64,000 nt of DNA from Gemmatimonadaceae bacterium. Lineage in GTDB: Bacteria; Gemmatimonadota; Gemmatimonadetes; Gemmatimonadales; Gemmatimonadaceae. How positions within the stretch are numbered: position 1 is the stretch's first letter; each line of letters begins with the position of its first letter. Positions 29,198 through 38,938 of the stretch are shown here, one piece after another. Below the pieces are notes generated by a model, which did not search any database, was not told where the DNA came from, and worked only from the letters and a program-made list of their open reading frames with translations. Both the position numbers and the translations under genes were made by a program. The DNA lies in NCBI GenBank assembly GCA_035688075.1, contig DASSNL010000104.1:6924-70923 (forward strand), given 5' to 3'.

Positions 29198-29242
29198 TCA
29201 TCAGCCACCTGTCCGTGGCGGTTCACGGCGAACTCCATCGCC
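29191..29242 (-). promoter_or_regulatory. Fluoride riboswitch (crcB RNA motif)
   Basis: Minus strand reads GGCGATGGAGTTCGCCGTGAACCGCCACGGACAGGTGGCTGATGACTCCTAC. P1 is GGCGA/TCGCC, the pseudoknot is GGAGT/ACTCC, and the conserved AACCGCC and GCTGATGA..CCTAC elements are present. Confidence 0.9.
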
Positions 29243-29317
29243 GAATCAGGTTCTAACTCAATCTTACGACCAGCCCGAGACTGCGTCAACGGCCCGGGAG
29301 CTCGTGCCGCCCACACA

Positions 29318-29746
29318 CTATCCTTCCGCCTCACCACCATCCCCGGGCTCCCTCGCCTTCCAGCTCCCCGTGATATCTATCGGCCAGCTCCCGGTGCGCT
29401 CCCCTTTCGGGACGTCCGGGCGATACATGATGACCTTCGCACGCTCCAGCGTGATCAAACCGCCACCAATCATCTCATCGAGCTCCGGAAGGATCGCCTC
29501 GACCTTCTCTTCCGTGTCGACGCACTCGACGATCACCGGCAGGTCGAGAGAGAGGGTCTCTATCCGGTCGGTGTGGATTTTCGAGTTGGACCCGAACCCC
29601 ATGATCGCGCGGAGCACGGTCGCGCCCGCGTAATGGCGCTCGCGCAGCAATTCGACGATTGCCTGGTACAGTGGACGCCCACGGTACTTGTCGCGCTCTC
29701 CGATGTGGATGCGCATGAGCACGCGTTCACCCTTCAACCCTTGCAT
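29318..29746 (-). CDS. DUF190 domain protein (PII-like, commonly fluoride-associated)
   Basis: ATG 29746 after GGAGGA (in-frame GTG 29761 is an alternative). Motif LMRIHIGERDKYRGRPLYQAIVELLRE is typical of DUF190. Confidence 0.8.
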   Translation of the reverse strand: MQGLKGERVLMRIHIGERDKYRGRPLYQAIVELLRERHYAGATVLRAIMGFGSNSKIHTDRIETLSLDLPVIVECVDTEEKVEAILPELDEMIGGGLITLERAKVIMYRPDVPKGERTGSWPIDITGSWKAREPGDGGEAEG

Positions 29747-29950
29747 GGAACCGTCCTCCACCGATGGCCGGCCGCGTTCGCGAACCCGAAGTGAGGGTCA
29801 GCGGCGCCTCTCGCGATAAGCTAGCGCAGGGCGCTCGAGCCGAGAAAGGTCGAACCGGCCGAGCGCGGGGCGGGTGAGCGCGGCACGACTCTTCCATCCG
29901 CTCGGCAGTTACAGGGGAGCGACCCAGAACAGGCGGCGACGGGAGGTCAC

Positions 29951-30160
29951 ATGGCGCAGATTCGCATCGAGCAGAGGCGGAGCGGGCTTGGCTGGCTCTG
30001 GCTCATCATCGCCCTGATCATTGTCGCAGTCATCGTCTGGTTCCTCGCGAGCGGAGCGTGGCGGACGACCACGACACCCGCACGTGTGAATGACACCACG
30101 CCTTCGTCGCTGGAGTCACGGCCGGCGAGCAGTCCCAGCACGCTTCCAGCGGCTGTATAG
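29951..30160 (+). CDS. Small membrane protein, hypothetical (69 aa)
   Basis: ATG 29951 preceded by GGGAGG. One TM segment (GWLWLIIALIIVAVIVWFLA). Confidence 0.5.
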   Translation: MAQIRIEQRRSGLGWLWLIIALIIVAVIVWFLASGAWRTTTTPARVNDTTPSSLESRPASSPSTLPAAV

Positions 30161-30267
30161 GCGGGTCAGTCGAACGGCTGGAAGGGGGCTGGAGCGCTGG
30201 CTGCCGCGGCACTCCCCGAAGCGATCGTCGCCTCGAAAAATGGAACGAGCTACCTCAGGAGTGCACC

Positions 30268-30843
30268 ATGGCCAGAGAGAAGCCTCGCAGTACCGACCAA
30301 GCCGGCACCGGCCCGGACCCTCGTCTCTCGCGCCACCTGATGCCGTTGCGTGAAGCGAAGCGGTATCGCCTGGGCAAAGGCGAGCCCGACATCCGCGGGT
30401 GGAGCGTATTCACCTCGACCGGGCAGGAGGTAGGACGCGTGGGCGACCTCCTCGTGGACCCGTCGATGGGCGAGGTGGTGATGTTCGACGTCAACCGCGG
30501 GGACACCGGCGACCAGACCATCGCGCCGCTCCGCGCCGCCTGGATCGACCGCGAGACGAAGCGCGTGATCATAGACAGCTCGTTCCTCGCCCCGCAGAGC
30601 GACGCCTTCGCGGCGACGGCGCGCACACCCGTTCCGGCGCCGCCTGCCCCGCCCGTCGTGCGCACCGACGAGGAAATCGCGCGGGAGCGGGATGCGAGAG
30701 ATCTCTCGCGCGACGAGCGCACGGTACGCTCGGACGAGGTGATGGTGGACCGCCGGCTGGCCGATGCCGACGAACCGCTACCGCCGGATGCCCCACGGAT
30801 CGAGCGCCGCGAGTACGACGACTACCCCGACCGGCCCGCGTGA
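30268..30843 (+). CDS. PRC-barrel domain protein
   Basis: ATG after AGGAG. PRC-barrel-like segment (IRGWSVFTSTGQEVGRVGDLLVDPSMGEVVMFDV). Confidence 0.6.
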   Translation: MAREKPRSTDQAGTGPDPRLSRHLMPLREAKRYRLGKGEPDIRGWSVFTSTGQEVGRVGDLLVDPSMGEVVMFDVNRGDTGDQTIAPLRAAWIDRETKRVIIDSSFLAPQSDAFAATARTPVPAPPAPPVVRTDEEIARERDARDLSRDERTVRSDEVMVDRRLADADEPLPPDAPRIERREYDDYPDRPA

Positions 30844-30960
30844 GCTCGCCGCTCGGGCTCTCCTCGCTCGGCGGATCGTCTGTACGTCCGAAGCGTGACG
30901 CTGGCCGCGTCCGGGGAGTCAATGTTGACTCCGTCCCGCCCCGCCGGTTAGCGTCCCCTC

Positions 30961-31548
30961 GTGCATAGAACACTGTCGCGCCTAGCGCTCGTCGCTGGTC
31001 TCTCCCTCCTCCCCTGCACCGTCGCGGCGCAGCGCGCCCCCGTACAGGAGGAGGGCGCCGTTGCCGAGGCCGACTCCGAGCTCCCACGCCCCTTCGCGAG
31101 CTTCAACGCGTCGGCCCGCTCGCTCCGCGACTCGATCGTCGCGCTCGCCCGCGCGCAGATCGGGAAGCGCTATGTCTACGGCGGTGAGTCGCCCTCGCGC
31201 GGCTTCGACTGCAGTGGCCTAGTTCAGTACATTGCCTCCGCGCTCCATATCCATATCCCACGCACCGCGCGCCTCCAGGCGCACGTGGGCGATTCGATCC
31301 CGCCCGACACTTCGCGCCTCCTCCCCGGCGACCTCCTCACCTTCGGCAACGGCAAGACCATCACCCACATCGGCATCTACGTGGGCGATGGCCGGATGGT
31401 CCACGCCAGCACCGCCGCCGGCAAGGTTATCGAAACGAAGCTCCTCCGCCCCCCGGCGCGGGGAATCAAGCCCTGGCGTGGCGCGAGGAGGTTGGATGTG
31501 GCGGAGGGGGCAGAGGGGAAGCAGGAAGCAGGAAGCAGGAAGCAGTGA
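30961..31548 (+). CDS. NlpC/P60 (C40) family peptidoglycan peptidase; last codons and the stop lie in repeat E8
   Basis: Signal peptide. Catalytic Cys in GFDCSGLVQY and His in ITHIGIYVGDGRMVHAS. The tail ..GAEGKQEAGSRKQ is encoded by heptads. Confidence 0.85.
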   Translation: MHRTLSRLALVAGLSLLPCTVAAQRAPVQEEGAVAEADSELPRPFASFNASARSLRDSIVALARAQIGKRYVYGGESPSRGFDCSGLVQYIASALHIHIPRTARLQAHVGDSIPPDTSRLLPGDLLTFGNGKTITHIGIYVGDGRMVHASTAAGKVIETKLLRPPARGIKPWRGARRLDVAEGAEGKQEAGSRKQ

Positions 31549-31735
31549 ACGACTCGTAATGCAACGTCATCCCCGCAAAAGCGGGGACCCATGTTAGCCA
31601 GACTGAACATGGGTCCCCGCTTTTGCGGGGATGACGACTGTCGGTGTGCAGTTCCTGTTTCCTGCTTCCTGTTTCCTGTTCCCTTGCCGTTCCTGCTTCC
31701 TGCTTCCTGCTTCCTCCTTTCTTCTCACTCCCTCC
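31505..31735. repeat. Heptad-armed palindromic element, copy E8, carrying a 31-bp inverted repeat in its centre
   Basis: Arms GGAAGCA x3 GTGAAC / TGTTTCC, TGCTTCC units. Inner arms 31565-31595 and 31606-31636 (CGTCATCCCCGCAAAAGCGGGGACCCATGTT and its complement) have a 10-nt loop. Confidence 0.9.
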
Positions 31736-32867
31736 TCCGCACCACCGCCTCCGTAAGCAGCACGGCACCGCTGTCAGGGAAATCCAGGCGCGCGAGGGAG
31801 TCGGCGAGGATCACGGCGCGGCTGCTCCGATCGGAGCTGACGCGGCCGGGGGCGCGCTGCTTGGTGGGACGAAGGTGAGCGTGCAGCACTCCGCGTTTCG
31901 TATCGAGGACCGTGCAGAGGATCGCCCCGCGATTGAGCGGCTCCCGGAGGGAGAAGGGGCCGTAGGTGACGAGGTTGCCGAGCGAGTAGGCGATGAGCGA
32001 CTCGTTGCGCCACTCGAGGGCGCGCACCACGTGGGGGCCGTGACCGACCACGAGCTTCGCCCCGGCATCTGTGGCTGCGTGGGCGAAGGCTACGGGGTTT
32101 CCACGCCGCTCCTCGAAGTACACCTCCATGGTGTCGCGCGTGCGCTGAGCAGACCGCCCCTCGGCGCCCAGATGCATCGTCACCACTAGCAGCGGATAGC
32201 GCGCCGCCGCTCGCGCCACGTGACGCCTCACGGCAGCTATGTCGCGCGGATCGGGACCGGTCGAAGTGCTGAAGCCGAGGAAGGCGACGGTGTCGCCGCC
32301 GCGCGTGACAACCGGCGTCGCCAGCGTGTCGACGCCCGTGACGTGCACGCGCGCGCGCTCCAGCAGCTTCACGGTGCGCTCGAAGCCGCGCGCGCCCGCG
32401 TCGCGCGCGTGGTTGTTCGCGAGGTTCCCCACTACCTGCCCGCGCGGCGATATCCTTCGAAGAGCGGCGGCCGCCGCCGGCGGTTGACGCAGCGCGAAGC
32501 AGCCTCGCGCACCGGGCTCGCACTTGGGCTCCTCCACGGGTCCGCTCCCGATCGCGCCTTCGACATTCACGAGCACGATGTCGGCGTCGCTGACGAGCGG
32601 TCGCAGCGGGCGCAGCACCGCATCGGGATTGGGAAGCGCGGGCACCGGACGCCTGAGCCACTCGGACATCTTCGTCGTCCAGGTGGTATCGAGGTTGGTG
32701 CCCAGCGTGACGTCGCCTCCCGCGCAGACTCGCACGCGGTCGCCACTGCCACTTCTCGCGGCAGTGGCCGCATCCTGTCCGGCCGCGGGTGATCCCACTC
32801 CCGGGGCCACGAGGAGTGCTGCCGCGAAGATCGCCGAGCGGAGCAGAAGTGCTCGGCCAGCGATCAC
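31725..32867 (-). CDS. CapA family protein (PGA_cap metallophosphatase-like)
   Basis: Signal peptide and CapA motifs (CAGGDVTLG, LVNVEGA, NLANNHARDAG, VVTMHLGAE, VVGHGPHVV). The start overlaps the bioD stop by 4 nt. Confidence 0.8.
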   Translation of the reverse strand: MIAGRALLLRSAIFAAALLVAPGVGSPAAGQDAATAARSGSGDRVRVCAGGDVTLGTNLDTTWTTKMSEWLRRPVPALPNPDAVLRPLRPLVSDADIVLVNVEGAIGSGPVEEPKCEPGARGCFALRQPPAAAAALRRISPRGQVVGNLANNHARDAGARGFERTVKLLERARVHVTGVDTLATPVVTRGGDTVAFLGFSTSTGPDPRDIAAVRRHVARAAARYPLLVVTMHLGAEGRSAQRTRDTMEVYFEERRGNPVAFAHAATDAGAKLVVGHGPHVVRALEWRNESLIAYSLGNLVTYGPFSLREPLNRGAILCTVLDTKRGVLHAHLRPTKQRAPGRVSSDRSSRAVILADSLARLDFPDSGAVLLTEAVVRRRE

Positions 32868-33613
32868 GCGCGTGCTTCCTCTCCCTCGGCTGCTAGCAGT
32901 GGCGACTGCTGGGGAAGCGAGATGACCGGCGCGCGCAGAGCATCGAGTCCAGCGCTTGTCGCCGCGGAAGCGAGCGCCGCGGGATCGAGCGGCCTCGCGA
33001 GAAACGGGAAGCGGAAAATGGGAACTCCAGGGAGCGCGTCGGCCAGTGCTTCGGTTGTCGCGATGTCGAGCTCTCCGCTCTGGTCAGCGTAGACTTCGTT
33101 GATGACCACGCCGCGGATACGAAGGCCTGCCTCGCGCGCGGCCCGGGCTACGAGAAGTAGATGACTCACGAGTCCCGGACGGTCAGCGGCCACCACGAGC
33201 AGCTCCAGATTCCATCGCCGTGCGAGACGGTCGAACGACATCCCCGGAGCGACCGGTACGAGGAGTCCGCCCGGGTCCTCCACGATGACAGTATCACGTC
33301 CAGCGGCGAGGCGGCTGAAGGCGGCGTCGAGGAGCGAGATGGTGCTTCCCGAGCGCGGCTCCAGGGCGGGCGTCGCCAGGGCGCGCGAATCCAGTGCTGT
33401 GGCCGGGCACACATCCTCGGGGCAATCCGCCCCGCCGGCGGCGGCGAGCAGCAGGTCGACGTCGCTGGTCTCATCTCCATAGATGCTTTCGGCATCGACC
33501 GGCTTCATCGCGGCCACCCGCAACCCGTCACGGCGGAGCATCGTGAGCAGCGCCGCCGCCACAATGGTCTTTCCGACTCCCGTGTCCGTTCCCGTCACCG
33601 CGAGACGCATCAT
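32864..33613 (-). CDS. bioD: Dethiobiotin synthase
   Basis: VTGTDTGVGKT P-loop, KPV motif and EDPGG (EGAGG equivalent). Collinear by eye with E. coli BioD. Confidence 0.85.
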   Translation of the reverse strand: MMRLAVTGTDTGVGKTIVAAALLTMLRRDGLRVAAMKPVDAESIYGDETSDVDLLLAAAGGADCPEDVCPATALDSRALATPALEPRSGSTISLLDAAFSRLAAGRDTVIVEDPGGLLVPVAPGMSFDRLARRWNLELLVVAADRPGLVSHLLLVARAAREAGLRIRGVVINEVYADQSGELDIATTEALADALPGVPIFRFPFLARPLDPAALASAATSAGLDALRAPVISLPQQSPLLAAEGEEARA

Positions 33614-33764
33614 CGGGCCTCCTTACCAAGCGGCGCGCCAAGCCGGCGCGACCGCTTCGTGCAACGAGTGGGATCCAGTATGCAGCGTTGAGATTGCCGG
33701 CAAAGGCGAGCGGAGCGGGCCGGCGCGCAATCCTTAACCTTGCAGCTTTTCCCCGCGCGCGAAA

Positions 33765-33943
33765 GGGGGAGGGGAGAGAGCAGAAAGCAGAGAGCAGAAA
33801 GCAGGGAAACCCCCGTAGGCAGGAGGTCGGTGGCATGCCGCGGGTGCCACCAAGAAACAGGAGACAGGAATGGCCCGTAGGGAGAGGCGCCTGTCGCCCG
33901 AGGCGGTTAACTGCTTTCTGCTCTCTGCTGTCTGCTTTCTCCC
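33765..33943. repeat. Heptad-armed palindromic element, copy E9 (in a divergent promoter region)
   Basis: GAGAGCA GAAAGCA GAGAGCA GAAAGCA GGGAAAC ... GGTTAAC TGCTTTC TGCTCTC TGCTGTC TGCTTTC. The centre contains the hairpin GGTGGCA-N9-TGCCACC and GGAGACA/GGAAACA-like fragments. Confidence 0.85.
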
Positions 33944-34128
33944 GATGCCCCTGTCCGATTCCGGGACGCGCATTCCCAGATGCGGGCAGGGGGGAGAGGA
34001 AGGGAGACGGTGTAAGGCTAGGCAGAACAACAAGTTATGGACGATTCGCCGACGGCATGGGACTTCCTTAAAGGAAGGGCGAGTGGCGATAGTGCCCCTA
34101 CCAATGAACGAACAGGAGAAGGATCAGC

Positions 34129-35373
34129 TTGGACATCCCGCGTGAGCCAAAGGGCAAGAAGAAGCGCTACGTGATCGGCGCCATCGCCATCGTCGCGGTG
34201 GTGGGGATCACCGCGGCGCTGAGCACGCTCGAGCCCGCCGCTCCTTCCGTGGACAGGGCGACGCTCTGGATCGACACGGTTCGGCAAGGGCAGATGGTGG
34301 TGCAGGTTCGCGGACCGGGCACCCTGGTCCCCGAGCAGATCCAGTTCATCTCGGCGATCACGGGCGGCCGGGTGGAGCAGATCCACGTGAGGCCGGGGAC
34401 GAAGGTGGAGCCCAATACGCTCATCCTCGAGATGACCAACCCGGACGTCCAGCTCGAGGCGCTATCGGCGGAGCAGCAGCTCAACGCGGCCCAGGCCGCG
34501 CTGGTGCAGCTCAAGCTGAGCCTGCAGACGCAGAAGCTGGCGCAGGAAGCGGTGGTCGCCACGGCGCGCGCAAACTATCAGACGGCGAAGCGTCAGGAAG
34601 AGGTCGCGCTGGCGCTCGACAAGAAGGGACTCATGTCGCCGCAGGAAGTCGGCGACGCGAAGGACAAGGCCACCGAGGCGGAAACCACCTTCAAGGTGGA
34701 AACCCAAAAGCTGGATGAGTTGTCCAAGTCGGTGGACGAGCAGATCGAGCTGCAGAAGGAGCAGGTCGAGCGGCTGCGTGCCATCGCTCAATATCAGCGC
34801 AGGCGCGTCGCGTCCATGGACGTGCATGCGGGTGCCACGGGCGTTCTACAGGATATGGATCTGCAGCCGGGTCAGTGGGTGCAGGCGGGGACTCTTCTCT
34901 GCAAGGTCGCGCAGCCTGGACGGCTCAAGGCTGTGCTACGCATTCCCGAGACGCAGGCGAAGGATATCCAGATCGGCCAGGTAGCGTCCATAGACACGCG
35001 AAACGGGATCGTGCCAGGTCACGTAATCAGGGTAGACCCGTCGGTGCAGAACGGCACGGTGACCGTGGACGTGGGTCTCGAGGGGAAGCTTCCTCCGGGC
35101 GCTCGTCCTGACCTGAGCGTCGACGGCACGGTCGAGATCGAACGCCTCAAGGATGTGATGTACGTGGGCCGCCCCGCATACGGTCAGGCCGAGAGCACCG
35201 TGGGAGTCTTCAAGCTCTCGCCCGACGGCTCGGAGGCGACGCGCGTGAACGTGAAGCTCGGCAAAGCATCGGTGAATACGATCGTCGTAGAGCAGGGTCT
35301 CAACGTGGGCGACCGCGTGATCATCTCCGATATGTCCAACTGGGACTCGCAGGACCGCGTCCGCCTCAAGTGA
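34129..35373 (+). CDS. Periplasmic adaptor subunit (MacA/HlyD family)
   Basis: TTG 34129 after AGGAGAAGG. N-terminal TM anchor, long coiled-coil (QLNAAQAALVQLKLSLQTQKLAQE..), beta-barrel and MP domains. Confidence 0.85.
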   Translation: MDIPREPKGKKKRYVIGAIAIVAVVGITAALSTLEPAAPSVDRATLWIDTVRQGQMVVQVRGPGTLVPEQIQFISAITGGRVEQIHVRPGTKVEPNTLILEMTNPDVQLEALSAEQQLNAAQAALVQLKLSLQTQKLAQEAVVATARANYQTAKRQEEVALALDKKGLMSPQEVGDAKDKATEAETTFKVETQKLDELSKSVDEQIELQKEQVERLRAIAQYQRRRVASMDVHAGATGVLQDMDLQPGQWVQAGTLLCKVAQPGRLKAVLRIPETQAKDIQIGQVASIDTRNGIVPGHVIRVDPSVQNGTVTVDVGLEGKLPPGARPDLSVDGTVEIERLKDVMYVGRPAYGQAESTVGVFKLSPDGSEATRVNVKLGKASVNTIVVEQGLNVGDRVIISDMSNWDSQDRVRLK

Positions 35374-35419
35374 ACGACAAGCGCACTCCTCCCTTCACAC
35401 TCCGATCCCGGATCTGACC

Positions 35420-36232
<813 letters not shown>

Positions 36233-36239
36233 TGGAGAA

Positions 36240-36385
36240 GCGCTGAACAGGAAGCAGGGAGCAGGAAGCGGGAAGCAGTAGCGGCTCTCCAGCGTTGGCT
36301 ACTCCTCCGGGGCCGTTGCTGCCTACCGCTTTCTCCTCTTTGACTTCCTGTTTCCGCGCCTCCCCCCTCCCCCTTCTGCTTTCCC
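36240..36385. repeat. Degenerate heptad-armed element, copy E10 (inside the adaptor-ATPase-permease operon)
   Basis: Left arm GGAAGCA GGGAGCA GGAAGCG GGAAGCA, core-like GCGGCTCTCCAGCGTTGGCTACTCCTCCGGGGCCG, eroded right arm (CTTTCTCC..CTTCCTGTTTCC) and pyrimidine flank CCTCCCCCCTCCCCC. Confidence 0.7.
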
Positions 36386-36467
36386 ACACGATCTCCGCGC
36401 GCCACATCGCGCGAATCTGAATCGCGCGTAGCGAGCTCGCGTTCACTCCAGGGCAAGGAGGACGCCC

Positions 36468-38927
36468 GTGGACACGCTACTCCAGGATCTCCGCTACGCG
36501 ATGCGCTCGCTGCGGCGGAGCCCCGGATTCTTTTTCGCGGCTGTATTCACTCTGGCACTCGGGATCGGCGCGACCACGGCGATCTTCAGCGTTGTCAACA
36601 GCGTGCTGCTCCGCCCCCTTCCCTACGCGGAGCCGGATGCCGTGGTTCGCATCTGGAACAGCTTCGGTGGGTCACCGAAGGCGGCGATATCGCCGGCGGA
36701 GTACTTCGATTACCACGATCGAGCGACTGCGTTCTCCGCCTTCGGGGTGTACGCTACCGGGCAGGCCGTGAATCTCACGGGCGCCGATGTTCCGGAGCGA
36801 CTGCATGCCAGCTACCTCTCCGTCGGCGTCTTCCCCGCTCTGGGAATCCGGCCGGGACTGGGTCGCGCATTCACGGCGGAAGAGGATACGCCATCCGGGG
36901 CGCACGTGGTCGTGCTGAGCGACGGGCTCTGGCGGCGCCGCTTCGCCGCCTCTCCGTCGATCGTCGGACAACGGATCACGCTGAACGGCGAGTCGTACGA
37001 GGTCATCGGCGTCATGCCGCCCGAATTCCGACTCCCCGAAGATTTCGGCGCCATCGCGCCGAGCGAGCTGTTCCTCCCGTTGGGAATCGACCGGGCGAGC
37101 ATCCCCAACCGCGGCAGCCACTTTCTGCATGCGGTCGCGCGGTTGCGCCCGGGCGTGACGATGGCGCTCGCGCAGCAATCCGTTCGCAAGGTTGCCGCGG
37201 ACTTCGTGCGCGACTTCCCGGACGACTATCCGGCCGACATGCACTTCGATGCGACCGTCGTTCCGCTCCGCCAGGATCTGCTCGGACCGGTGAGGCCGGC
37301 GTTGCTCGTGCTCTTCGGCGCGGTGAGCCTCCTCCTTCTGACAGCCTGCGCCAACGTCGCCGGGCTTCTTCTCTCGCGCTCCGACGCCAGGCGGCAGGAG
37401 CTCGCGGTTCGCACGGCGCTTGGCGCGGGCAGCGGCCGTATCGTTCGACAGCTGCTCGTGGAGAGTCTCCTGCTGGGAGTCACCGGTGGTGCGCTCGGAC
37501 TTCTCCTCGCGTACTGGGGAGCTCACGCGATGGTGCTCGCGCAACCGGGCGACATCCCGCGCATCCAGGGCGTGTCGCTGGATCTTCGCGTCCTCCTCTT
37601 TGCGCTCGGCACATCCGTGATCACGGGCCTCGCGTTCGGCATCCTCCCCGCACTGCGCGCCACGCGAGGGAACGCGCAGTCGATGATCAGAGAGGGCGGG
37701 CGCGGCCGCAGCGCGGGGCTCGCTTCGCAGCGCGGCCAGCGGGCGCTCGTCGTCGCCGAGACGGCGCTCACGTTGGTGCTTCTCTTCGGTGCCGGCCTTC
37801 TGGCGCGCAGCTTCGTGAAGCTGCAGAGCGTGGACCCGGGGTTCCGGGCCGAGAACATTCTCACCAGCCGAGTGACGCTTCCCGCGCGCGAGTATTCCAC
37901 TCCTGCGCAGGTGACACGCTTCTACGGGCAGCTCATGCAGCGTCTCGCGGCGCTCCCCGGCGTGACCGCCTCGGGTGCCGTGAGCAGCCTTCCGCTCGCC
38001 ACCACGCTGGGTGATCTCAACTTTCACATCCAGGGTCGGCCGGAGGCGGAAGGGGACATCTCCCCGAAGGCGGACTGGCTGGTGGTGACACCGGGCTACT
38101 TCGAGGCGCTCGGGATGCGACTGGTGCGCGGTCGCGCGATCGAGACCACCGATGACGAGCGTGCGCCCGGCGTCGTGGTGATCAATCAGGCAATGGCGCA
38201 TCGCTACTGGCAGGGTGAAAATCCGATCGGACAGCGCTTCGAGCTCGGCGGCGGCGCGGGTCCCGGTTGGGTGACGGTGATCGGAGTGGTCGATGACGTT
38301 CGTCATGGCGGGCTCGATTCCGAGCCGAGCGCGCAGATGTACCTGCCGCACGCGCAATTCCTCCTATGGGATTCGCACAGGGCGATCGCCGGGATGACCG
38401 TCGCGCTCCGCACGTCGGGCGATCCGGCGCGACTCGCCGCGGCGGTGCGGCGTGAGGTCCACGCTCTCGATCCGAACCTTCCCGTGAGCGAAGTGCAGAC
38501 GATGGAGCAGGTAGTCTCGGCTTCAATCGCGCAGCCGCGCTTCCTGGCGCTCCTCTTCTCCGGCTTCGCGGTCGTCGCGCTGGTTCTGGCCGCGGTCGGC
38601 TTGTACGCCGTGCTGGCGTACTCGGTGAGCCGCCGCAGTCGCGAGATCGGCATCCGCATGGCGCTCGGCGCGCGCGAGCACGACGTCGCCAGCCTCGTGA
38701 TTCGGCAGGGACTCCTCCTGGCGCTCGTCGGGATCGCGCTCGGCCTCGTGGGCAACGTCGCGCTCCATGGCCTGGTGAAGAGCCTTCTTTTCGGCGTGAG
38801 TGCGATGGACCCGTTGACGCTTCTCGCCGTCTCCGTGCTTCTCGCCGCGATAGCACTCCTGGCGTCCTGGCTGCCGGCGCGCCGGGCCGCACGTGTCGAT
38901 CCGATAGTGGCACTCAGATCCGAGTAG
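36468..38927 (+). CDS. ADOP-type duplicated MacB-like/FtsX ABC permease, paralogue 1
   Basis: GTG start after AAGGAGGA. N-terminal [46 protein letters not shown], two MacB_PCD+FtsX halves, C-terminal [17 protein letters not shown]. Confidence 0.9.
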   Translation: MDTLLQDLRYAMRSLRRSPGFFFAAVFTLALGIGATTAIFSVVNSVLLRPLPYAEPDAVVRIWNSFGGSPKAAISPAEYFDYHDRATAFSAFGVYATGQAVNLTGADVPERLHASYLSVGVFPALGIRPGLGRAFTAEEDTPSGAHVVVLSDGLWRRRFAASPSIVGQRITLNGESYEVIGVMPPEFRLPEDFGAIAPSELFLPLGIDRASIPNRGSHFLHAVARLRPGVTMALAQQSVRKVAADFVRDFPDDYPADMHFDATVVPLRQDLLGPVRPALLVLFGAVSLLLLTACANVAGLLLSRSDARRQELAVRTALGAGSGRIVRQLLVESLLLGVTGGALGLLLAYWGAHAMVLAQPGDIPRIQGVSLDLRVLLFALGTSVITGLAFGILPALRATRGNAQSMIREGGRGRSAGLASQRGQRALVVAETALTLVLLFGAGLLARSFVKLQSVDPGFRAENILTSRVTLPAREYSTPAQVTRFYGQLMQRLAALPGVTASGAVSSLPLATTLGDLNFHIQGRPEAEGDISPKADWLVVTPGYFEALGMRLVRGRAIETTDDERAPGVVVINQAMAHRYWQGENPIGQRFELGGGAGPGWVTVIGVVDDVRHGGLDSEPSAQMYLPHAQFLLWDSHRAIAGMTVALRTSGDPARLAAAVRREVHALDPNLPVSEVQTMEQVVSASIAQPRFLALLFSGFAVVALVLAAVGLYAVLAYSVSRRSREIGIRMALGAREHDVASLVIRQGLLLALVGIALGLVGNVALHGLVKSLLFGVSAMDPLTLLAVSVLLAAIALLASWLPARRAARVDPIVALRSE

Positions 38928-38938
38928 GAGATCGCTCC

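Noticed and set aside
29762-29950. A second fluoride riboswitch upstream of the DUF190 gene (the minus strand contains GCGGATGGAAGAG).
   Set aside because: The P1 loop would be far too long. There is no AACCGCC..CTGATGA..CCTAC segment and no pseudoknot partner.
31565-31636. CRISPR-like sequence: GGGTCCCCGCTTTTGCGGGGATGACG resembles a type I-E repeat (..TTCCCCGC-N4-GCGGGGAT..).
   Set aside because: Only two copies are present, in inverted rather than direct orientation. They are separated by 10 nt with no spacers, and no cas genes are in the window. The shared part is just a GC hairpin.
34054-34067. Sigma-54-like motifs GGCAT-GGGAC-TTCC upstream of the adaptor gene and TGGCAC-GGCCC-TTCC at 52196-52210.
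   Set aside because: Both have CC in place of the invariant -12 GC dinucleotide, so they are mentioned only as weak candidates.
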